Shown: positions 47,819 to 57,175 of the stretch, in pieces
How positions within the stretch are numbered: position 1 is the stretch's first letter
Layout: every line of letters begins with the position of its first letter
Position numbers and translations under genes: made by a program
Assembly (NCBI GenBank): GCA_020832705.1
Contig: JAFIEE010000002.1
Span: 478 to 64,477 of the forward strand
Source of the DNA: Paracoccaceae bacterium
GTDB taxonomy: Bacteria > Pseudomonadota > Alphaproteobacteria > Rhodobacterales > Rhodobacteraceae
DNA length: 64,000 nucleotides
Direction of reading: 5' to 3'
The notes under the pieces: model-generated
The model's input: only the letters and a program-made list of their open reading frames with translations
What the model was told of the DNA's origin: nothing
Database searches by the model: none

Positions 47819-48780
47819 TTCAGCTCCCTTCGGTTCTGGACCGATTGCAGCCACATGATCGGCGCCACCACCAGCACCAGCATGACGATCGCCACCGCCG
47901 AGGCCACCGGCCAGTCGCGCGCCTGAAAGAACTCGTCCCACAGCACGCGGCCGATCATCAGCGTGTCAGGCCCCCCCAGCAGCGCCGGGATGACGTATTC
48001 GCCGATGGCCGGAATGAACACCAGCATGGAACCCGCCACGATCCCCGGCAGCGACAGCGGCAGGGTGACGGTAAAGAACGTCACCATGGGCGAGGCGCCC
48101 AGATCCGCCGCCGCCTCCAGATGCGCGTCATCCAGCTTGGTCAGGTTCGCATAGAGCGGCAGGATCATGAACGGCAGATAAGTATAGACGATCCCGATAT
48201 AGACCGCGAAATCGGTCTGCAGCATGGTCAGCGGGCTGTCGATCACCCCGGCCCAGATCAGGAAGTTGTTGATCACGCCTTCGCGGCGCAGAAAGCCCAT
48301 CCAGGCGTAGACCCGCAGCAGGAAGCTGGTCCAGAACGGCAGGATCACCAGCAGCAGCAGGATCGACCGGCGCGGTTCCGGCGAGCGCGCGATGAAATAG
48401 GCCATCGGATAGCCGATCAGCAGCGCGAAGATGGTGGAGACGACGGCAATGCGGATCGAGGACAGATAGGCATTGGCGTAAAGCCGGTCCTGCACCAGCC
48501 AACGGTAGTTTTCCAGCGTGGCGATGATCTGCAGCGTCCCGTCGGCATCGCGCTCCCAGAGCGGCGTGTAGGGCGGGCGGGCGATGATCGCCTCGGCCAG
48601 TGAAATCCGACCCAGCACAAAGAACGGGACCAGGAAGAAGACCAGCAGCCAGAGCATCGGAATCGCGATGACCAGCGTGCGCCCGCTGATCCCCAGCCAG
48701 CCGAACACCCGCACCGTGCCGCGCCAGGGCGCGCTGCGGGTCAGGGCGTTTCCCGGGGGCGCGGCGGGGTCGGCGCTCAT
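47815..48780 (-). CDS. potH: Polyamine ABC transporter permease (PotH/PotB-like)
   Basis: LPFWTSFLLRVYAW, YLPFMILPLY, LEAAADLGA, RDWPVASA. Confidence 0.85.
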   Translation of the reverse strand: MSADPAAPPGNALTRSAPWRGTVRVFGWLGISGRTLVIAIPMLWLLVFFLVPFFVLGRISLAEAIIARPPYTPLWERDADGTLQIIATLENYRWLVQDRLYANAYLSSIRIAVVSTIFALLIGYPMAYFIARSPEPRRSILLLLVILPFWTSFLLRVYAWMGFLRREGVINNFLIWAGVIDSPLTMLQTDFAVYIGIVYTYLPFMILPLYANLTKLDDAHLEAAADLGASPMVTFFTVTLPLSLPGIVAGSMLVFIPAIGEYVIPALLGGPDTLMIGRVLWDEFFQARDWPVASAVAIVMLVLVVAPIMWLQSVQNRRELK

Positions 48781-49913
48781 TCGGTCAGCACCCTGAAGGC
48801 TTCCGGGCGGAAGCTGGCCCAGACACGTTCATCCCAGCTTATCGGCTTGCCCTCGCGCAGGTTGTTGGGTTCGGTCACGCGCACCATGCGGCCGGTGTCC
48901 AGCACCACGCGGAAGGTGGACATGTGGCCGACATAGCCCACATCCTCGACCGTGCCCTGCACCGCGTTGCGCGCGCTTTCGGGGCGTTCGCGGCTGAGCG
49001 TGATCCGTTCGGGCCGCAGCGCGCCCCAGACGGTCTGCCCGCGCGTCAGCCCTTCCTGCGGGGGCACCAGAACCGCGCCCCCGACATCCGGGCAGGTCAG
49101 CCGCATCATGTCCGGCGCGGCGGCCTCCACCGTGGCCTCGAACAGGTTCACCGAGCCGATGAAATCGGCGACGAAGCGGGATTTCGGGTGCTCGTAGATA
49201 TCGCGCGGCTCGCCCACCTGTTCGATCACCCCGTCACGCATGACGCCGATCCGGGTGGCCAGCGTCATCGCCTCGTCCTGGTCATGGGTCACCACGATGA
49301 AGGTCACGCCCAGGGTTTCCTGAATGCGGATCAGCTCGAACTGGGTTTCCTCGCGCAGTTTCTTGTCCAGCGCGCCCAGGGGTTCGTCCAGCAACAGCAC
49401 CTTGGGTTGCTTGATCAGCGCGCGGGCCAGCGCGACCCGCTGGCGCTGGCCGCCCGAAAGCTGGTGCGGCTTGCGCCGGGCGAAGGGTTCCAGTTTCACC
49501 AGCTTCAGCATCTCGGCCACGCGGGCATAGGCTTCGCGCTTCGGTTTCCCCTCGCGCAGAAGGCCGTAGGCCACGTTCCTTTCCACCGTCATATGCGGAA
49601 ACAGCGCATAGGACTGGAACATCATGTTGGTGGGGCGCCGGTCAGGGGGCACGCGGGCCATGTCCTGCCCGTCGATCAGGATGGCGCCTTCGGTCGGGGT
49701 TTCGAACCCGGCCAGCATCCGCAGGAGCGTGGACTTGCCGCAGCCTGACCCGCCCAGCAGGCAGAACAGTTCGCCCCGGTGGATGCCCAGCGACACGTCA
49801 TTGACGGCGGTGAAATCGTCGAACCGCTTGGTGATGTTCCTGATCTGGATGAAGGGCCGGGCGGCGGGGTCACGCCACGGTCGGGTATCGGCGGCGATCT
49901 GCGAATCGGGCAT
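48777..49913 (-). CDS. potG: Polyamine ABC transporter ATP-binding protein (PotG/PotA-like)
   Basis: GGSGCGKST, MMFQSYALFPH, LSGGQRQR, DEPLGALDKKLRE. Confidence 0.88.
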   Translation of the reverse strand: MPDSQIAADTRPWRDPAARPFIQIRNITKRFDDFTAVNDVSLGIHRGELFCLLGGSGCGKSTLLRMLAGFETPTEGAILIDGQDMARVPPDRRPTNMMFQSYALFPHMTVERNVAYGLLREGKPKREAYARVAEMLKLVKLEPFARRKPHQLSGGQRQRVALARALIKQPKVLLLDEPLGALDKKLREETQFELIRIQETLGVTFIVVTHDQDEAMTLATRIGVMRDGVIEQVGEPRDIYEHPKSRFVADFIGSVNLFEATVEAAAPDMMRLTCPDVGGAVLVPPQEGLTRGQTVWGALRPERITLSRERPESARNAVQGTVEDVGYVGHMSTFRVVLDTGRMVRVTEPNNLREGKPISWDERVWASFRPEAFRVLTE

Positions 49914-49940
49914 GGCGGGCGCCTGGCGGCTGGAGGGGGG

Positions 49941-49969
49941 CCCTGCCCGTGCGCGGCGCGCGGGCAGGG
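49941..49969 (-). terminator. Stem-loop after potF
   Basis: CCCTGCCCG...CGGGCAGGG inverted repeat just after the potF stop. Confidence 0.45.
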
Positions 49970-49977
49970 TGGTTCGC

Positions 49978-51069
49978 TTACTGGCCGGTGCGCACCCGCG
50001 TCCACAGCCGCGTCACCGTGCGGTCGGTGCGGGTGTCATAGGTGACACCGGTAAACAGCGTTTCGCTGACTTCCTCGGTCGGGAAGATCGCCGGATCGGT
50101 GAAGATATCTTCCTCCACAAACTCCCACGATGCCGCGTTGGCGTTCGGAAACCACACGTAATTGGTGATCATCGCGGTGATTTCCGGCTCCATGATGAAG
50201 TTGATGAAGGCGTGCGCGTTCTCGGGGTTCGGGGCATCCGCCGGGATCGACATCATGTCGAACCACTGCATGGCGCCTTCGCGCGGGATCGCATACCACA
50301 CATTCACGCCGCGGTCGGCTTCCTCGGCCCGTTCGGCGGCCTGAAGCACATCGCCGGACCAGCCCACGGCCACGCAGATTTCGCCATTGGCAAGGTCCGA
50401 GATATACTGCGAATTGTGGAAGTAGCGGACATGCGGGCGCGCGGCCATCATCATCTCGGTCGCGGCTTCGAAGTCGGCGGCGTCGGTGGACTGGGGGTCC
50501 TTGCCCATCCAGGCAAAGGCGGCCGGGAACATGTCGGTGGGCGAATCCAGCCAGGTGATGCCACAATCGGCCAGTTGCGCGGCGACTTCCGGGTCGAAGA
50601 TCATGTCCCAGGTGTCGACCTCGAAATCCTCGCCCAGGCGTTCGGCCACCATGTCGATGTTGTAGCCGATCCCGGTGGTGCCCCACATGTAGATCAGCCC
50701 GTGTTCGTTGCCCGGGTCATGGCTGGCCGCGGCGGCCATCAGGTCGGCGTCCATATGGGCCCAGTTGGGGATCAGATCGCGGTTGAGCGGCTGATACACC
50801 CCGGCGGCGATCTGGCGCTGCATGAAGGTCGCCGTGGGCACCACCACATCGAACCCGGAAGAACCCGCCAGCAGCCGCGCCTCCAGCGTGTCGTTGCTGT
50901 CGAACACGTCATAATTGACGGTGATGCCGGTTTCGGCGGTGAAGCGTTCCAGCACCTCGTCGGTGATGTAATCCGACCAGTTGAACACATTGACCACATC
51001 GGCCTGCACCGCGCCCGCCTGGGCGATGATGGCGGCGCAGGCGGCCATGACGAAACGGTTTTTCTGCAT
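49978..51069 (-). CDS. potF: Polyamine ABC transporter substrate-binding protein (PotF-like)
   Basis: Signal peptide, FNWSDYI, YDVFDSND, YMWGTTGIGYN, GWSGDV, LWTRVRTG. Confidence 0.88.
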   Translation of the reverse strand: MQKNRFVMAACAAIIAQAGAVQADVVNVFNWSDYITDEVLERFTAETGITVNYDVFDSNDTLEARLLAGSSGFDVVVPTATFMQRQIAAGVYQPLNRDLIPNWAHMDADLMAAAASHDPGNEHGLIYMWGTTGIGYNIDMVAERLGEDFEVDTWDMIFDPEVAAQLADCGITWLDSPTDMFPAAFAWMGKDPQSTDAADFEAATEMMMAARPHVRYFHNSQYISDLANGEICVAVGWSGDVLQAAERAEEADRGVNVWYAIPREGAMQWFDMMSIPADAPNPENAHAFINFIMEPEITAMITNYVWFPNANAASWEFVEEDIFTDPAIFPTEEVSETLFTGVTYDTRTDRTVTRLWTRVRTGQ

Positions 51070-51205
51070 GGGTGAAGCTCCCTGACGGTTGGTGGCGGCG
51101 GCCACGATCACTTTGGGGCGTTGTCCGCCTCTGGGGGAAAGTCTAAGGGGCGGCGACGGCGTTTCACAAGCCAAAAGCTGCGTGATCGGGCGCGCCGTGG
51201 GCAAA

Positions 51206-51215
51206 TTTGATCAAA
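51206..51215. promoter_or_regulatory. Palindromic operator candidate upstream of potF
   Basis: Perfect palindrome TTTGATCAAA in an AT-rich patch. Confidence 0.45.
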
Positions 51216-51223
51216 AACCCGGC

Positions 51224-52516
51224 TCAGCCCAGCATCGCCCGGCGCAGGCGCACGGCCTGCGCAGCCTCGTCCAGCTTCACATCGGCCATGGCCAGCACCT
51301 CGCCCGCCGCCACATCGCGCCTGAGCGCCACGCCATGCGCCAGCCCGATGGGCAGCAGCGCCCCCGCCCGCGACCGCGCCGCCGGCACCGCCTTGCCCCA
51401 GACGGTCCAGCCGCCTTCGCCGTCCAGCACCGCGCCGGCGCGCAGGTCCCGCTTGGCCACCGCCACCGCATCCCCGCGCCATGCCCGCGTCGCGCCCGTG
51501 GCCTCACCACGCAGGGCCGCCGAGAGAACGGAAACCGACAGCTCCAGCCCGATCAGGTGAAAGGGTTTGTACATCGCCGCGTAACGCCCGGTGGAATCGG
51601 TCGGCAGCCCGTATTGGCGAAAGCACGCGGCGGCATAGTCACTGGGCGCCTTCAGCACCACATAGACGCCCCAGCGCAGGTCCCGGAACACCGGGCGGCC
51701 ATCGCGTTCCAGGCTGGACACCACCTCGACCATCCCGTCGCGGTCCAGTTGCCCGCCCAATTCGCGCGGGCGCAGCACATGGGCCAGATCATCCACCCCG
51801 CAGGGCGGAAAGGCCAGCCCATCCTCGGGCACGTCCAGCCCGCAGGCATTGGCAATCGCCGCCATTTCGATCGCGGACTTGGTGCCATCCAGAAAGCTGT
51901 TGAACATCTGCGGGTTCATTCCGGCCTCGGCGGCCTGCGCAGGTGTCAGCCCGTAGTGGGACCAGACGTCATCGGGCGTTACCGCGTGATAGGCGGGCAG
52001 GTATTTCGTGCCCTTCCCGGCGGCAGCGACCTCGAACCCCGTGGCGCGTGCCCAATCCACCATTTCCGACACCAGCGCGGGCTGATCGCCATAGGCCATG
52101 GAATAGACCACCCCCGCCGCGCGCGCGCGGTCAGCCAGCACCGGCCCGGCCAGCACATCGGCCTCCACATTCACCATCACCACATGCGCGCCTGCGTCGA
52201 AAGCCGCCAGCGCATGGGCGATGCCGGGTCCGGGGGCGCCGGTGGCCTCGATCACCACATCGGCGCCTGCCTGCGCCGCCGCAACGCCGCTGTCCAGAAA
52301 CCGCGTTCCCGCAATCCGCCCGTCATCCCATCCCACAGCGCGACAGGCCGCCCGCGCCCGGTCGGGGTCCAGATCGGCGATATGGGTGACTTCCAGCCCC
52401 GCGATATGCGGCACCTGCGCCAGAAACATCGACCCGAACTTGCCCGCGCCGATCAGCGCCGCCCGCACCGGGCGGCCTGCAGCCTCGCGTTCCGCCGCCA
52501 GCCGTGCCAGATTCAT
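51224..52516 (-). CDS. Homoserine dehydrogenase-like NAD(P) oxidoreductase with C-terminal SAF domain
   Basis: LIGAGKFG, VNVEAD, YGDQP, AAGKG, SFLDGTK, LDGEGG, LPIGLA. Confidence 0.85.
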   Translation of the reverse strand: MNLARLAAEREAAGRPVRAALIGAGKFGSMFLAQVPHIAGLEVTHIADLDPDRARAACRAVGWDDGRIAGTRFLDSGVAAAQAGADVVIEATGAPGPGIAHALAAFDAGAHVVMVNVEADVLAGPVLADRARAAGVVYSMAYGDQPALVSEMVDWARATGFEVAAAGKGTKYLPAYHAVTPDDVWSHYGLTPAQAAEAGMNPQMFNSFLDGTKSAIEMAAIANACGLDVPEDGLAFPPCGVDDLAHVLRPRELGGQLDRDGMVEVVSSLERDGRPVFRDLRWGVYVVLKAPSDYAAACFRQYGLPTDSTGRYAAMYKPFHLIGLELSVSVLSAALRGEATGATRAWRGDAVAVAKRDLRAGAVLDGEGGWTVWGKAVPAARSRAGALLPIGLAHGVALRRDVAAGEVLAMADVKLDEAAQAVRLRRAMLG

Positions 52517-52623
52517 CGCCCTCTCCCCTCCTCGACGCCTTCGAAGGCGGGCGCCAACCGCGCGCAGCGTCAGCGAAGCGCCAGAAGGCTTGCGCGCGGA
52601 TCGCGCGCCCCGCCCGGCTCACG

Positions 52624-53217
52624 CTACAGAAACACCATCGCCGCCGAAAGCGCCAGCAAGAGCGCCATGATCCGCATGAACACCTGCCACCGGCGCGGAG
52701 AGTGCAGGAGCGTTGTCAGCAGCGCCCCGGCCGAGGTCCAGAACAGGCACACGCCCAGGTTCACGCTGGAAAACGCCGTGGCCAGCCGCGCGGCCTCCCA
52801 CAGCGGCGCCATGCCCGCGCCATACCCGGCCGAGGCCGCAAAGGCCACGGCCCAGACCTTCGGGTTGATCCACTGGAACAGCACCGCCTGCCACAGGGTC
52901 ATGGGGGTGCCTTCGTCCTCGACCATCCCGGCCGGGCTGCGCGTGGCCTTGTAGTAGTTCCACGCCATATACAGGATCCAGGCCGCCGCCAGTCCCCGCA
53001 GCACCGTGCCCAGAACGGGGCTGGCCAGCACCAGCGCGCCCACGCCCAGCGCCGTCACCGCGCCGATCACCCCCACCCCCAGCACCACGCCGAACAGATG
53101 CGGCAGGCTGGCCCGGAACCCGAACCGCGCCCCCGAGGCCGTGAGCATGATCACGTTCGGCCCCGGCGAGAACAGGCCGAGGAACAGAAAGGCGTAGAGC
53201 AGCGGGTCAAGGAACAT
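52624..53217 (-). CDS. LysE family translocator
   Basis: FSPGPNVIML..SGARFG, FQWINPKVW. Confidence 0.9.
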   Translation of the reverse strand: MFLDPLLYAFLFLGLFSPGPNVIMLTASGARFGFRASLPHLFGVVLGVGVIGAVTALGVGALVLASPVLGTVLRGLAAAWILYMAWNYYKATRSPAGMVEDEGTPMTLWQAVLFQWINPKVWAVAFAASAGYGAGMAPLWEAARLATAFSSVNLGVCLFWTSAGALLTTLLHSPRRWQVFMRIMALLLALSAAMVFL

Positions 53218-53290
53218 CTGGTGCAGCACCCCGGAAAAAGGCCGGCGGAACACCCGCCGGCCAGATCATCAGATCATCTGGTCAATACCG

Positions 53291-54676
53291 CTATCCACCA
53301 AGGATGTAACTGGGGAACCACAGCACGATCGCCGGGAAGGCGACACACATTGCCAGCCCGAAGACCTGCAGCGCCACAAAGGGAATGATCCCCTTGTAGA
53401 TCTGCTGGATCTTCACCTCGGGCGGGGCCACCCCCTTCATGTAGAACAGCGCGAAACCAAAGGGCGGTGTCAGGAAACTGGTCTGCAGGTTCACCGCCAC
53501 CAGGATCAGGAACCAGATGATGATCGGATTGCTGATCCCGTCCCAGGTGCCCACATGGCCGCCGAAATCCAGCAGCGCGACGATGGGCGCAAAGATCGGC
53601 AGCACGATCAGCGTGATCTCGATCCAGTCGAAGAAGAAGCCCAGCAGGAACACCATGGCCAGCAGCACGAACAGGATCGACCACGGCCCCACGCCGGTAT
53701 CGCGGATGAAGTTGACGATCAGGGTTTCGCCGCCGATGGCCTTGAAGACAAAGGCAAAGGCCGTGGCCCCGACGAAGATGCCGAACAGCATCGCCACCGT
53801 CAGTGCCGAGCGCTTGCAGACCTCCAGGAAATTCGCCCAGGTCAGGCGCCGGTTGTAGGCCGCCAGCAGGATCGAGCCGAAGGCGCCAACCCCCGCAGCT
53901 TCGGTCGGCGTGGCAATCCCCATGAAGATCGACCCCAGCACCATGGCGATCAGGAAGATCGGCGGCAGGAAGCTGGAAAAGATCATCTTCCAGAACTCGG
54001 TCCGGGTGGAGGGGCCGATATCATCGGCCATGGGCGGCGCCAGCTCAGGGCGGAATCCGCACAACAGCAGGATATAGACGAAGTAGAGCGCAGCCAGCAG
54101 CAACCCCGGCATGAGGGCGGCAATGAACACCGTCCCCACCGGCACCGTCAGCAGGTCCGCCATGATCACCAGCATGATTGAAGGCGGGATCAGGATACCA
54201 AGCGTCCCCGAGGACGCGATGGTCCCCGTGGCCAGCGGCATGTTGTAGCCCGCCTTCATCATCACCGGCAGCGCCATCAGGGTGATCATCACCACCGAGG
54301 CGCCGATGATCCCAGTGGTGGCCGCCATGATGGTGCCCATCAGCGTGACCGACAGCGCCAGTCCCCCCGGCACCCGGCGCAGAATCACCTGCAGCGCATA
54401 GAGCAGATCGCGCGCGGCGCCGGATTTCTCCAGCATGGTGCCCATGAAGGTGAACATCGGGATCGCCACCAGCACCAGGCTCTCCATGGTCCCGCCATAG
54501 ATGCGCAGCGGGATCAGGGTCAACTGCTGCAACCGGAAGGTGCCGAAGACATCGCCCAGCACCGCGAACAGCAGCGCCACACCGCCCAGGATGAAGGCCA
54601 CCGGATAGCCGGTGAACAGGAGCATCGCCAGAACGGCGAACATCACCAGCGGCAGATAGGTTACGAGAAATTCCAT
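53291..54676 (-). CDS. TRAP transporter large permease (DctM)
   Basis: GYPVAF, AIPMF, GTLGILIPPSI, ATPTEAA, LTPPFG. Confidence 0.92.
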   Translation of the reverse strand: MEFLVTYLPLVMFAVLAMLLFTGYPVAFILGGVALLFAVLGDVFGTFRLQQLTLIPLRIYGGTMESLVLVAIPMFTFMGTMLEKSGAARDLLYALQVILRRVPGGLALSVTLMGTIMAATTGIIGASVVMITLMALPVMMKAGYNMPLATGTIASSGTLGILIPPSIMLVIMADLLTVPVGTVFIAALMPGLLLAALYFVYILLLCGFRPELAPPMADDIGPSTRTEFWKMIFSSFLPPIFLIAMVLGSIFMGIATPTEAAGVGAFGSILLAAYNRRLTWANFLEVCKRSALTVAMLFGIFVGATAFAFVFKAIGGETLIVNFIRDTGVGPWSILFVLLAMVFLLGFFFDWIEITLIVLPIFAPIVALLDFGGHVGTWDGISNPIIIWFLILVAVNLQTSFLTPPFGFALFYMKGVAPPEVKIQQIYKGIIPFVALQVFGLAMCVAFPAIVLWFPSYILGG

Positions 54677-54696
54677 CTAACGGGTTCCCTCTCCGC

Positions 54697-55743
54697 TCAG
54701 GCGTTCTGCTGTGCAGGCGCCGGGGCGCCCTCTTCGGGCGGCGCCGGGTTCTGGTGGCTGTGCGCGTAATAGTTCGACGCCGATTTCAGCGACGGCGGGC
54801 CGAACAGGTAGACCATGCACTTCAACGCCACCGACATGCCCGCCAGCGCGATCAGCGCAAAGCCCAGCGGCAGCATCGCCTTGATCACGAACCGGTTCGG
54901 AAGCCCGGTCTGCGCCGCCGATCCTTCGCCGATATTCCACGACCGCATGGCATTCTCGATCCCGTACTGCATGACGACATAGCAATAGGGCACCATGAAC
55001 AGCAGGCACCCGGCCAGTTCGATCCAGACGCGGGTGCGCGGGCGCAGGTTGTCGCGCACCAGTTCGATGCGCACATGTGCGTCCTTCACATAGGCATAGC
55101 CCAGGCAGAACAGGAACAGCGCCGCGTGCAGGTGCCACTCAAGCTCCTGAACGCGGGTGGCCGAAAACATCCGGTACCAGTCGGTGCGGGTCCATTGCGG
55201 GTTGAAACCCAGATACTGGCGCTGGACCACGTCATACATGATGGCGAAGATCAGCGCCGAAAACAGCACCACCGCTGCGGTGACCCCCACACGGGTCAGG
55301 AACGTGGCCAGCCCGTTGCTGGCATCCAGCATGTTCTGGAATATCGTCAGCCGCCCCCGTGCCATGCCATAGGCGAACATGCCCAGGATGATGACGGTCA
55401 GCGCCAGCATCAGGTAGGCAGAATAAGGGGTCATGGTTTCGTAATAGGCCAGCAGCGCCTCGGCCTGTTCGTCGCCGCGGTTGGCCAGGCGGCGCAGCGC
55501 GTTGATCTCGCGCGTGGTCAGCGCAAAGGGCTGGGCGAACATGACGGCAAACCAGCCCAGCACGCTGGCGGCGGCAAAGGTCGCCGGATTGCCGCGCAGG
55601 ACTGTGGACGCCACAAGCCCCAGCACCAGCACCCCGACGGTTGCGAAAATCATGGTGGAATCGGACGGCAGCACCACCAGCCAGAAGGCTGCGGCAAGCG
55701 AGATGATGCCGCCTGCGGTTCCAAGGGTCTCGCGCAGGGCCAT
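54697..55743 (-). CDS. TRAP transporter small permease (DctQ) with long N-terminal membrane extension
   Basis: C-terminal QELEWHL, YAYVKDAHVRIE; 348 aa total. Confidence 0.85.
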   Translation of the reverse strand: MALRETLGTAGGIISLAAAFWLVVLPSDSTMIFATVGVLVLGLVASTVLRGNPATFAAASVLGWFAVMFAQPFALTTREINALRRLANRGDEQAEALLAYYETMTPYSAYLMLALTVIILGMFAYGMARGRLTIFQNMLDASNGLATFLTRVGVTAAVVLFSALIFAIMYDVVQRQYLGFNPQWTRTDWYRMFSATRVQELEWHLHAALFLFCLGYAYVKDAHVRIELVRDNLRPRTRVWIELAGCLLFMVPYCYVVMQYGIENAMRSWNIGEGSAAQTGLPNRFVIKAMLPLGFALIALAGMSVALKCMVYLFGPPSLKSASNYYAHSHQNPAPPEEGAPAPAQQNA

Positions 55744-55864
55744 GGAGCGGTTCCTTTCGCGTCATGTGCAACCGCGCGCGGCCAGAAAGCGCCCCCGGCA
55801 GTGTGACGGGAAACGTTACGGGGTCACGAGCTTAACCCACGGAACCCACTTAGCCCCACAGACC

Positions 55865-56860
55865 CTAGTTATACCGGAAGGTGGCGTAGCTCTCATAGAC
55901 CCGCGCAAAATCAGGGTCGGCGGCCGATTCTTCCGCGATCACTTCGTTCCAGGCGGCCTCGAGCGCCTCCAGGATCTCGTCGCTGAAGGTGTGCAGCGTA
56001 ACGCCGCGCTCTTCCAGTTCGGCCAGGGCGTCGAACTGGATCGCCTCGCCTTCGACAAAACCGTACAGCAGGTTGGCCTGGCAGACGGTTTCGATCTTGA
56101 ACTGGGTCAGTTCGTCCAGGCTTTCCCACAGGTCCAGGTTGATCATCAGATCGAACAGGGTGGACTGCTGGTGCCAGCCGGGCAGGTAATAATGCTGCGC
56201 CACCTGATAGAAGCCGAGGTTCAGGTCGATGGCCGGCATGGAGAATTCGGCAGCATCGATCGTGCCCAGTTCCAGCGCCGGGAAGATGTCACCGGCGGCC
56301 AGAAGCTGGGTCGAGGCGCCCATCTTCTCCATCACCTTGGCGCCAAGGCCGAAGAAGCGCATGGTCAGGCCCTGGAAATCATCGACCGATTCGATGGGCG
56401 CGCGGAACCATCCGGCACCTTCGGGGGCCAGAACGCCGCACATGAGCGACTTGATGTTGTGCGGCTCGTAAAGCTCGTCCATCAGCTCCTGCCCGCCGCC
56501 ATAGAAGAACCACGCCAGGTATTCGCCGGTTTCCGGGCCAAAGGGCACCGAACCCATGAACTGCAGCGCCGGAACGCGCCCGGCCCAGTAGCCGGGGGTG
56601 GACCAGGCCATTTCCACCGCGCCGGTGCCAACGGCGTCAAAGGCTTCCAGCGCCGGGACAATGCCGCCGGGCTCCTGGAACTGGACCGTGATTTCCCCGT
56701 CCATGATCCGGGTGATGTTTTCGGCAATGCGCACGCCCAAAGTGCCAAGCTGCGTCAGCGACCCGGGATAGGTCGATTGCAGTTGCCAGGTTTCCTGCGC
56801 CTGTGCGGCCGGCGCGACCATGGCCATGCAGATTGCGCTTGTGGTCAGAAGTTTCTTCAT
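55865..56860 (-). CDS. TRAP transporter substrate-binding protein (TakP/DctP-like); last ~11 codons appear corrupted
   Basis: Signal peptide, PGYWAG, SVPFG, GWFR, MRFFGLG, AEFSMP, YYLPGWHQ. Confidence 0.88.
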   Translation of the reverse strand: MKKLLTTSAICMAMVAPAAQAQETWQLQSTYPGSLTQLGTLGVRIAENITRIMDGEITVQFQEPGGIVPALEAFDAVGTGAVEMAWSTPGYWAGRVPALQFMGSVPFGPETGEYLAWFFYGGGQELMDELYEPHNIKSLMCGVLAPEGAGWFRAPIESVDDFQGLTMRFFGLGAKVMEKMGASTQLLAAGDIFPALELGTIDAAEFSMPAIDLNLGFYQVAQHYYLPGWHQQSTLFDLMINLDLWESLDELTQFKIETVCQANLLYGFVEGEAIQFDALAELEERGVTLHTFSDEILEALEAAWNEVIAEESAADPDFARVYESYATFRYN

Positions 56861-57004
56861 GGGTCTCCCCCCTGGTTTGAAGTCCGTATCCGGCATGGTG
56901 CCGGGGCATTGTCCTTTGCATGTTGCCATGCGCAGGGTGCTTCGGATGGTCAGGAAATACGTGCGACGGTCTTTGCGCCGCTTACGAGCTCCCCCCGGGT
57001 CAGG

Positions 57005-57023
57005 TGGTAAAAGTTTTTTACCA
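57005..57023. promoter_or_regulatory. FadR/GntR-type operator candidate upstream of the TRAP operon
   Basis: Perfect 8-bp inverted repeat TGGTAAAA-GTT-TTTTACCA. Confidence 0.6.
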
Positions 57024-57175
57024 ATCTGTCCACGAAAAATTTCACCCGGATCCTGGCATCCTGTTGCGCGGCGGTTGCCCGGTCCCATGCGCAGTGTTGC
57101 CGCGCCTGCGAAAGTCCCCCGCCGCACATGCAACATGCACCGGAAAATCACACCGGTCCACCCCGTAACGCAACT

